Positions 12,944-23,826 of a stretch of 64,000 bases of DNA are shown piece after piece. The stretch comes from Octopus vulgaris (lineage: Eukaryota), in assembly GCA_951406725.2 (NCBI GenBank), contig OX597835.1, positions 4,836,001 to 4,900,000 on the forward strand. Reading direction: 5' to 3'. The position numbers were made by a program, and so were the translations under genes. How positions within the stretch are numbered: the first letter of the stretch is position 1; each line of letters opens with the position of its first letter. The notes beneath the pieces are model-generated. The model saw nothing but the letters and a program-made list of their open reading frames with translations, was not told the DNA's origin and did not search any database.

Positions 12944-14780
12944 TAATATAATATACACACACACAGAGAAAACAAAGTTATTTTATTCCACACAGTTAGA
13001 AATATAGAAAAAAGAAGCTGGAAATGCACTGTGGTTCGTTTCGATTTCATATTTCGTTTCGTTTTTTCAAATATTTCTCTGATTTTCAGATGTTGATATA
13101 GAAAGACGTAGTTATGCTGCAATTGTTTTGCTTCTGATTAGAATTCAAAAATCGTTGTTGTTTTTTTAGAGAACATGACCCAAATTAACATCTGTTTTGG
13201 ATACAATTTGATCGGCTGAGCTTCATCACATTGGTCACATTTAGACATTTTTGCAAGTTCCCCACTACGTCCTTTCTTTCATATCATGTGACAATATTTG
13301 GCGTCGTAAGATAAAGCTGTCACGGTTGAGTGAAGATGCCTAGAGACAATCCCAAACAATCAAGGCAGTCTGAAATTTATGTGGTAAAGAAAGATCACGT
13401 CTTGAAAACTTTTTGTGGGTTCCTTCCCACGTCTGCGCGTTAATATCATGTGACTGTTTTTGCACCGAAAACTGAGACTGACACGGTCGAGTAAACATAC
13501 CTGGGGAAAGGTCACGATTGTGTCCAAAGTTGTTAAATATAATTTCAACATGCCAAGCAGAAGAATGAGCTTCTATGTGAATAAGTTGCTTGGGAATGAT
13601 TGTGGTGGTGGTATCGATTACGATAAAGACGATAGTTTCTGCAAATACCATAACCTTAAATAGCATTATCGTCACAGTAAGAGGATAGTGACGGTGTTAG
13701 GGAAGAGAATTGTGTGTAAAAACGTTATTAAGTGAATCTTTAATTCGAAAACATTCACTAATTCATCTAGATAAAACTAGATAGCAACAGCAAAAGATAA
13801 AATTAAATAGCAACAGCAAAAGTTATACATACTATTTTATTGTAAACTTACGTTTGTGTTTGTTTCATTTCTTTCCTTTCAAATTATTCAGTCAAATTTA
13901 TTTTGTATATATTTTTTTATCACATACAAGTACAATGACCCGGCAACCCCGGGTCACAGTGCTAGTGCATGCATATACAGCTGCGTGCGCGCGCACATAC
14001 ACGCGAGTACTGTCCAAATCTCCAACCAATCACATACAGCTAGCTGGCATTCAATTGGCGTATCAAATTTCTGGCATTTTGATTGGGTTTTGGATAGAAA
14101 ATTCACAAAAAGTTACTTCTATTGTTTTTTAATGGCTTTGCGGGGTGACTGGGGAAATGTAAAGATGTGCACGACCACCTTTGGACGGTTTTGAATGACC
14201 ATAGAAAGTACGAGCCCTCTAACTGAAAAATTGTGGATTTGTATAAAGGACACACGCACAGACATTTTGCCGCTTATATATAGAAAGATTTCAGTAGTAA
14301 ATAAAAAAGATGAAAAAAGAACCACTAAACCAATTCGTATCAGAGGCAACAATACAAACGACGTTTTATGTTCATCTCTTAAAAAAAAAAACACTTCGTT
14401 TTGAGTCTGTATATTTTTGGGAATTTTTAATGTCATCTTTATGTTATATCCATCCGTCTATCTGACACTAATCAGATTGTATTGTCCCTTATCTATGTTG
14501 TCCCCTTGTGGGAGATAAAAAATTTACTTTGTTTTGAGCCTGCGTTATATAATTAAAACTTACAATAACCTGAAGTTGTATATAGAAAGTGTTGAGGAGG
14601 TAGAAGATCTAGCTGAAAACAGATTCTTCACAAAATATCTTGCAATAAGATATCTACTTAATTTAAGCATAAAGCTGAATGTCAGGGCAGTCTAACTATA
14701 TTAAAAAAACCAAAACTTGATGAAGGGCTTTTTTTAACCGATGTGTGCCCAACCAACTTGTAATAATATGTCTCCGCATA

Positions 14781-15014
14781 TTTAGCGGCGAGCTGGCAGA
14801 CACGTTAGCGCGCCGGGTGAAGTGCTTAGCGGTATTTCGTCTGTCGTTACGTTCTGAGTTCAAATTCCGCCGAGGTCAACTTTGCCTTTCATCCTTTCGG
14901 GGTCGATAAATAAAGTACCAGTTTCGCACTGGGGTCGATATAATCGACTCAATCCCTTCGTCTGTCCTTGTTTGTCCCCTCTATGTTTAGCCCCTTGTGG
15001 GCAGTAAAGAAACA
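14781..15014 (+). mobile_element. tRNA-derived SINE with 16-bp target-site duplication
   Basis: TSD AATATGTCTCCGCATA at 14765-14780 and 15015-15030. Confidence 0.9.
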
Positions 15015-16155
15015 AATATGTCTCCGCATAACTTTCTGAAAAATACTTAATTTCAAATAATACTCTCTGAGATTACGTTTCAGAGGGTGTAGACAAGGAT
15101 TATGTAGGAATTTGTTGTGAAAAGATAAGTATATTTGAATGGAGGTTATCGATGGCATAACTACAGATTTCTGCTACCCGCCTACTTTAGATGATCATAA
15201 CATCGAGAAAAATGGATATTTTTCAATGAAAGTTTCTATAAATATATGTTATATCGTGTAGATTCTGAATATTCAAAATTTTTGAGGTTAAGTGTTTTAG
15301 GAGTGAATGGGGAATTTTGGAAAATTCACCGATGTCCACTTCAATTCGTCTTAACTCTCAAGAAAATTGATATTTTTCAATGAAATTACCTACAAATATA
15401 CCTCGGACTATGTAGATTCCAAAGACATAGGAATTTACGGGGAAAACACCCGGGGGCTATTTTTGAGAACTTTTCTCCACTAGGGGGTGTTTCGAAACAA
15501 GTCGTCTATATTTGTTTAATCTTCTCCGTTTTGGGGCATTTGTGCATCCGTAGATTTCCACTGAAGCGGCTGGCAATGAAAGCAAATGAAGTTCTCACCG
15601 GAAAACTCTTTATGCTAAAAATAACAGCTAAAGGTCTAAACGTTTCTAATAAAAAGGCATTGAATGGAATAATTCCCCGTTTGAACCTCTTTAATTACAT
15701 ATGTGTGTGTGTGTGAAGACACTGAGAATAAGCATGCCACCTCTTTGTGCTTTTTTTTTTCTACAGATTCCGACGTCTCCAACGGAGATTCTGAATATGC
15801 AAAAAAAAAACCATCTACTTTTAGACTTTTCAGTACCCATCCCGCTGCAGTTAAGGAGAAGAAATTATTGTGGCAGAGTTTCGTATCAAGACATCCACAT
15901 AGGTTTAATTTTCTCCGTTTTGACAGGGAGTTTTCCAAGGCCTTCAATGTGATTTGGTGATCGTGGGGTACTTTTTATTAAAAACTTTTTTTTGAAATTT
16001 TTTTTTTCACTTCTGCCCCACGCACTTAAAAACAATAAAAGCCTTTTCGGTACTCCTTTATATCACACACCTTTTGTAAATCTGGATATTTTACAACATG
16101 GAAATTGCAACGTGTTGGGAAACACACATACGAAGAAATTCATGCAGTGAACATA

Positions 16156-16668
16156 CCGTAAATCCTCGAGTATAATCCGCATTTTCCCCCAAAAATTTTG
16201 AGGGTCAAAATCCCTAGTGCGTACTATATACGAGGTTAACAATGAAAAATATTTTCTAAGCAATGTCCGAGTCTCTATTTGCTGTCCGGCAATGTTTATT
16301 CAGATGCATTTTGTGATGTCGGGCGCGAAAATACCTTAAGCTAAGCCTGAAAGCAATGAAGTCATAAAAGAATCATCCATAACTTGCAGTAAGCAACATT
16401 TATTAAACGTTATTACTGTTATTTCTTTATCTTCGGCAAACAAAATGCACAAAAAAGCTACACATTTGCATTATGTTATATATACAATAATAATGAAGGG
16501 CGTTACCGTTTACAATTTTACAAACCAAGGACGTTATATAGACCTCCTTGACTCAAGTTAGAGAAGGGGTGCGTATTATACACAAGGTTTAGGTTTTTTC
16601 AGAGTACAGCCCCCTAAAATTCCCCTGCATATTATACTCAAGGACGGACTATACTCGAGGATTTACGG
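16156..16668. mobile_element. Tc1/mariner(pogo)-type MITE, complete
   Basis: TIRs CCGTAAATCCTCGAGTATA / TATACTCGAGGATTTACGG flanked by TA on both sides. Confidence 0.9.
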
Positions 16669-17418
16669 TATATCAAAAAATATATTTATTCATACTATTC
16701 ATATTAAAAAACAAACCGCATATTGATATGCGTGTCTGTTTCCCCAGAACAACTTTGATGCCGGACAAGCAATCATATGTGTGTAAGGAATGTCTTTCAC
16801 ATTTCTTAGAGTCAAGACACACAACCCGGCTTTACAGTATATGTTGCAGCGACTTTATTATATAATTCGTGTGATTTAAGTATTTCTTTTAAAATGCTAA
16901 GTTTTTACAGTGTGTGTATACTAGTAAATGGGCTGGTTGGTTTTGGAGATCATTCCAGTACACTGAGAAAGGAAATGGTGCTGTCTCTCTATTCGTTCTG
17001 AATTACTGATCCCAATTATGGTCGCCACAAAACCTGGAATACACAGCGGAATTCGAAACACTCCAATGCTACTGCTCCAAGATTATTTGCCTTGGTGTAG
17101 CAGATGGGTTACTGGAAGAGGGTAAAAATATGAGACTCCACTGCTTAGAGACTAAGCGCGAAAGATATACAATGATATAATGCTTTCTTCCAAGGAATCT
17201 AATGCTCTTAGCTTAGTTTTTCCTTGGGTTTGGCCAGATTGGAGCAATCTCAAGAATAATCAGTCGAAATTGTGAGGATAATCTGGTTCTTGACTGAAGA
17301 TAGAAAACTCCGAATGACCCGTCCTTGTTTTCTTTGTATCGTGTATATGGATGTTTTGTTCTCCCTTTTTGTATCAACTAGTTGTCCGGATCTTTTGTGT
17401 TCTTGTCCCATTTTGTAT

Positions 17419-17790
<372 letters not shown>

Positions 17791-18321
17791 GCTCATTTGG
17801 AAACGCACTTCTCCAAGAAAATGACGCTTAATTGTAAAAAAAAAAAGTTAGGAGAAAATGGGAAATAAAATCCAAAACAAATGAAATATGCAAAAAAATT
17901 AGGAAGATTCATCTATTTTTAAATATTTTATACTAAAAAAAATAAAACAAACGGAAAAGGGGAAACTCGGGGAATATCGACAAACGGAAAACCAGACGAT
18001 ACAAAGGGCGATAACTTAGTTTCCCCAGTCAGATATTCTTAATGATACGAGGGGCCTCCAACGGTGTCGTCTGCCAATTGGAAGAAGACCGTTTCAGTCT
18101 TTTGCCTAAAAGTCCGTTTATAACTAAGATATAATTATTATGTCGAATTTTGTGCCTGGACGTGGAATATTTAAATGCTATGACCTTATTTCGTTTCGGA
18201 AGAGATTTTGGGAGCTGCAGGAAAAGGCTACTAGTGGAGAAAATTTGGATTACCATCAAGACAAGAAATTTGTTGTGGAGTGCCATGCGTTGGTGGAAGT
18301 TATTCCCGTCCAATTGACACA

Positions 18322-18353
<32 letters not shown>

Positions 18354-18368
18354 GTATATATATATATA

Positions 18369-18547
18369 CTTTATTTAAAGCAGCAGAAAATTCAACAAAA
18401 CCTGTTACTCTGAGTTTCCCGGCAACGGGAAACTCAGAGTAACAGGTTTTGTTGAATTTTCTGCTGCTTTAAATAAAACATTTTACTCTACCACTGGTAT
18501 TTGAGTACTCTTTTTTCCACCTTGTTTCACATTTATGTGTTTACTCC

Positions 18548-18585
<38 letters not shown>

Positions 18586-19028
18586 TAAGTAATTAAGGGT
18601 TTAGCAACGATTTGCCTCACCACACACCGAATTTAGAAATAGCAGCCAAAGAGTTATGGCTATTCTTTCTACTTAAAAGGGAGAAGTAGAAAGAATAGCC
18701 ATAACTCTTTGACTGCTATTTCTAAACTCGGTGTGTGGTGAGGCAAATCGTTGCTAAACCCTTAATTACTTAGTATTACTTAAACCTTCCTCGAATGGGA
18801 CTTTTACATGCCGAAATCTACTTGGTGAAATTAATGATTATTCCAAATTAATTAATTTCACCCTATATTATTATTTATTATATATATATATATATATATA
18901 TAAGGGGTGTGTTTGATTGTGTATAGAGGGATATATATTGTTCAAAGAAATTCCAACTCTGTTTTTTATATTTTATTTATATTCTTTATAATATTAATGT
19001 AGAATATAGAATATATAGTATAGTATAC

Positions 19029-19071
<43 letters not shown>

Positions 19072-19624
19072 AAATGAAGGTCCCAGGTTGTGACAGAAGT
19101 GTTTCAACTGTTGCAACCCTCCTGTCACAACCTGGGACCTTCAAGACTGCTTAAATGCAAGAAAGTATACTAGTCCCTTAATATTTTATATTCAATATTT
19201 CATCTATTCAATAAGACAATCAATACTTCATTTCATCCAACTATATATATATTATTTATACTACATAGTCTATATTCTACATTAATATTATAAAGAATAT
19301 AAATAAAAGATAAAAAATAGACAGAGTTGGAATTCCTTTGAATTATATATATCTCTCTATATACACTCATACAAACCCCTTTATATATATATATATATAT
19401 ATATATACCGGAGTAAACACATAAATGTGAAACAAGGTGGAAAAAAGAGTACTCAAATACCAGTGGTAGAGTAATATGCTTTATTTAAAGCAGCAGAAAA
19501 TTCAACAAAACCTGTTACTCTGAGTTTCTCGTTGCCGTTCATTGGACAGTTTTTGCTAGAATATTTTGTCGTGAAACTCAGAGTAACAGGTTTTGTTGAA
19601 TTTTCTGCTGCTTTAAATAAAGTA
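18369..19624. repeat. Nested cluster of fold-back (Penelope pLTR-like) elements separated by (TA)n
   Basis: Hairpins 18370-18477, 18583-18775, 19075-19143 and 19479-19622; arms 18901-19030/19250-19383; 18478-18548 is inverted relative to 19409-19478. Confidence 0.85.
19512..19549 (-). ncRNA. Minimal hammerhead ribozyme motif of the Penelope-like-element type
   Basis: Reverse complement CUGU-CCAAUGA-ACG(GCAA)CGA-GAAA-CUC(A)GAG-UA-ACAG: stem I, variant core, stem II, GAAA, short palindromic stem III, UH site. Confidence 0.6.
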
Positions 19625-19663
<39 letters not shown>

Positions 19664-20215
19664 CTGACAAAGAAAGGGTACATATATATATGGAAGATCT
19701 TGAAGGTCTAGTAGCCATCTCTTAAAATGAAAGCTCTATGAGTCACCAGAATGGATGTCACTGCACAGTCCCAAAGGCCCCACTCTTTCTGTCCAGAGTG
19801 AGAGCCCAATAAAACAACAGATTAGTGGGAGCTAATGCAGTTTTGCACCTCTCCTTGAAAAATGCAGTTTTTTGAAAAATTATATATACACATATAAATA
19901 AGCATTTTGTATATTACGTGGTAGATACATAAACACGGCTAATTTAGCTATTTCTCGGCGGATCAGAAAAACAAACTGGCGGACAGTCTTAATTGTACGA
20001 ACATTATTGAATTCCTACAGAGGCGTCTCATCAATTCAAGCAACACAGAAGTAATTCGCAGCCAATCTGCAGATATGGTCACCAATTAATGTAGATGCAG
20101 AGAACTGGGACAACTGACTTGCATACCATAAGTGTTTTAACATTTTGTTTAATATCAGGTGCCTGTCGAATCTCAGTACACACAGTATCATGGTTTGTGT
20201 GTGTGTGTATGTGTG

Positions 20216-20295
20216 TAATCAAAATAAGCAACAAGGATATCCAAGGTAGAGTAGTACTACTGTACCTTGGATATCCTTGTTGCTTATTTTGATTA
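20216..20295. repeat. 80-bp near-perfect palindrome
   Basis: TAATCAAAATAAGCAACAAGGATATCCAAGGTAGAGTAGT/ACTACTGTACCTTGGATATCCTTGTTGCTTATTTTGATTA, one mismatch, no loop. Confidence 0.9.
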
Positions 20296-20391
20296 TAATC
20301 ACCCCATTTGATTTATATGGATAGTACCATACTAAATTCTGGTGCCTTTAACTTAAGTACCATATTCATCTGAATCTAAATTTTGCTGAAC

Positions 20392-20439
<48 letters not shown>

Positions 20440-20569
20440 AGTAAATGAATTGATTGCATCACAATCCTTAACATTTATGTATTAACTTTGTTGGGTACTT
20501 CACTAGCAGTATATTGGATATATGTTATCCCATGGAGGGTTGCATTTACAACCCCTATCTCAATTTGCA

Positions 20570-20604
<35 letters not shown>

Positions 20605-20858
20605 GTGTGTGTGTGAGAGAGGGAATGAAAGAAAAAAGAAAGTTCTTTTTTTGAAAATCTTCTATTCCTGTACTGACCATCATTTGTGTCTTTATTTTTT
20701 CTTCCAGCACTCCTTATTTCGAACACAAACGGCTTCTTAAGAGCCTCTTCGACACAAACAGGCCTTTCTTTGACTCAATCGATTCTCGGATGCTGTCCAA
20801 GTAAATATAAATTTTCAATTTCTTTAAAATTTTTTTTTTTTTTCATAAAATGAATATC

Positions 20859-21092
20859 GGTACTATTTAAGAAGAGTGGTCCCAGTGCGCGCACTCGCGT
20901 ACTCGCGCATCCGCGTTAGCTAGTCGTGACTAGTCGATCCTACAACAACTACCTAGCAAAGTAAATAAAACACAAAATAAAAAAAATTTTTAAACAAAGT
21001 AAATAAAACACAAAGTAAGGATCGACTAATCACGACTAGCTAGCACGGATGTGCGAGTGCGCACACCGGGACCACTCTTCTTAAATAATACC
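20859..21092. mobile_element. MITE with GG..CC termini and 9-bp TSD (Merlin-like)
   Basis: Long imperfect TIRs starting GGTACTATTTAAGAAGAGTGGTCCC; TSD ATGAATATC at 20850-20858 and 21093-21101. Confidence 0.85.
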
Positions 21093-21190
21093 ATGAATAT
21101 CTTCACTTCTCTATCGTTTTGATAACAGTGTTTATTATATCTTTCAGTGTTCTTCACTATTTTTCTAATGCGTATTACTCTACAAAATTA

Positions 21191-21464
21191 GGTAAAATTA
21201 CAGATTAATACCCGCACGATTTTCACTAAGAAAGAAAAAAAAAGCTCGGATTTTTTGCGTGGAATCAAGTACCCTGACCTCCTAATATGCTGGAAATCCC
21301 ATATTTTGGTTCGGAATTGGTCCGGAGGGGGGGGGGGTCCGAACCTAAATATGGGATTTCCAGCATATTAGGAGGTCAGGGTACTTGATTCCACGCAAAA
21401 AATCCGAGCTTTTTTTTTTTCTTTCTTAGTGAAAATCGTGCGGGTATTAATCTGTAATTTTACC
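21191..21464. mobile_element. Fold-back MITE with GG..CC termini and 8-bp TSD (Merlin-like)
   Basis: About 125-bp near-perfect TIRs starting GGTAAAATTACAGATTAATACCCGCACG; TSD CAAAATTA at 21183-21190 and 21465-21472. Confidence 0.9.
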
Positions 21465-23470
21465 CAAAATTAACCCTACACATGAGGTATGGCGGGGTTA
21501 CTAATATAAATATTGTCGTCACTAGCACTCGAGGATGTAACATGTACCCTGCTTTTGTCTAAAGGCACCGTTTGTAACTCCGGGTAGTCAAACTCTCAGC
21601 ACCTCCTCTTTCGACCCGCGAAACATTCAGACCAAGACGGCTCGAAACCGTTGCCTAGATCCTGGGCTGGAGCTTTATCACCTTCACCACATGAGAATGA
21701 AAGCTAAAACCAAACTCCTATATAGAGCTCTGAGCTCCGAACGTAAAGAAGCTCAACACATGTGGCAAAACATTTTGTCCGATTCTCCAAAAATTTTCAC
21801 CAATTCACCGCCGAATACTATTAATGAAGATTAATTAACTTTTTACACAGGACCACGCATTTGGGGGAGAATATATACTCCATTATGTGACCCGTGGTTT
21901 CGACTCAAAACTAATACCCTTATACGCTCGTATTTCTTATCCATTACCCTCTTGCTTTCATTCTGTTGGTGTCATCTGATTTTTTTTTTCTCAAACCTCT
22001 TTACTTTCTCAGTTTTAATGTTGAGCTTCCTGTGTTTGACTGGTCTGGTGTAGCATTAAATATGGGTTTAACTCTCGTCCATTTGTTTCCTTGAGTTTAA
22101 TAATCCTCATGGAACTTATATCTCCTGTGCAGGACATGTTGCCATTAGCTCTAAAGGCGATCGTCCACTTTAAATAAGTTTTGTTTCTAAATTCACCTGG
22201 GTTAAACAAAAAACACACACAGGCACCAGTGGAGAGGTTATACAATATAATATACATTCGTAGACACAGAAATCAAACTATCTTGCAAAAAAGATTGTAA
22301 TTAAAAGATAGATAGTTAACTCTGACCTGAATCCAACGACGTTAAAGAACGAATCTCAATAATGTATGGAAAAAAAAAAAAACTTGTTTCAGGTCGACGC
22401 TAATCTACCAGTTAGATTTAATCATCAATATTGAAAATCAGTGATCAATAAATAACCGAAAATTCATTGAGTGTGATTTTCAATATACTCCCACGCATCT
22501 TTCTTCTAAATTCATACGCTTGATGTCTTTTGATTATCTCTTCCTTTTTGTTATAATTTATTTACGTAAATAAGTACAGAGTGGTCGAATGGTTTATAAG
22601 TTTGCTTCTCAACACAAAGTCTCGCGCTTGACCACCTTATTAAGGTGACATCGGAGACAAAATGTCATTTTCCACATTCCCGAGATGCCCCGCCCCTTTT
22701 CTTCTGATTGAAACTGGGCAAACGGAAAACCAAAGCTAAATGGATTGTACATGAAATTCGAACGGGCAGCCTTGTTGTCACTCACAAATCTCTTCACAAC
22801 TACAGGCTTTCAGTTTCGATCTGATCGAGTGGCACCTTGAGCTGCAATTGTCTTCTGATATAGCTTCGGGTCTACCAAAAAAAACCCTTCAGCAAAAACG
22901 TAAAGGTTCCCGTCCAGATTATTATTGGGCGCTGCACCGGTGTAACGACGTGAAATTATCCTCTTTCCAAGTTTACCACCCGGATATCAGAAATCGATTT
23001 CATATCAACTCTCTTAACATACTCTCTTGCTCGACCGCATTTTACCTTATGTAAAGACTCGGTCAATTATCTGGGTTATTCAAGCAAGAAAACCTATATA
23101 AAAACAGAGATTCCTTATGCTAGAAGGGCAACTTTCTCTCCCGTTGGTTTATTCATCAGTAATGTGTGTCTTACAAAGCCACAAGCGACGACACAAAATA
23201 TAACAAATAACAGAATTTTGACTGATTTCTAAAAATGAGTAAGAAAAAGTCAATATTTATAAAAAAAAAAAAAAAAAAATATGAATGGCATTACAGCCAC
23301 AGCATCATCATTAACAACAAAATATATGACAAATATGGGAAATAAAAATTAATAAAAACTAAATTAGACAAAAATAGACTTTTTTTTTCTTCAAATCCGA
23401 AACTCAGTCTTTTTAAAGTCAACGTAATTTCATATACAAATATATATTGTTGCTTATTTTGATTTTATAA

Positions 23471-23524
<54 letters not shown>

Positions 23525-23826
23525 AGATAGATAATATATATGTATACACAGACACACACACACGTGTATGTCAGAATGTATATACATATGGATGTATCCA
23601 CAGAAGAGGTTTTACTATTAAGACTTTTTTTTTTCATCTTTTTAACACCTTTTTTTTTTTTTTTCATACAAAACTCAGTTGTTTCTTTTTTCTCTGTTGC
23701 AGAAAAAAAAACAAGGTGTGTGCGTGCGTAAATATATATATACACACACACACGCACGCATACATACATACACCCACCACACACTTTACTTTATACGTGT
23801 GTAAGCTGCAATATTACCGTTTTCTA

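Noticed and set aside
13385-13450. RNase H-like WVPSHV peptide on the + strand
   Set aside because: Not followed by GNExAD; too short to support a LINE call
15767-15902. Strong acceptor followed by an open frame (DSDVSNGDSEYAKKK...)
   Set aside because: Composition resembles non-autonomous DNA-transposon interior; weak donor and no domain similarity
16911-17010. Acceptor followed by CVYTSKWAGWFWRSF...
   Set aside because: Stop codon in the phase needed to follow exon 772-835 and no good donor
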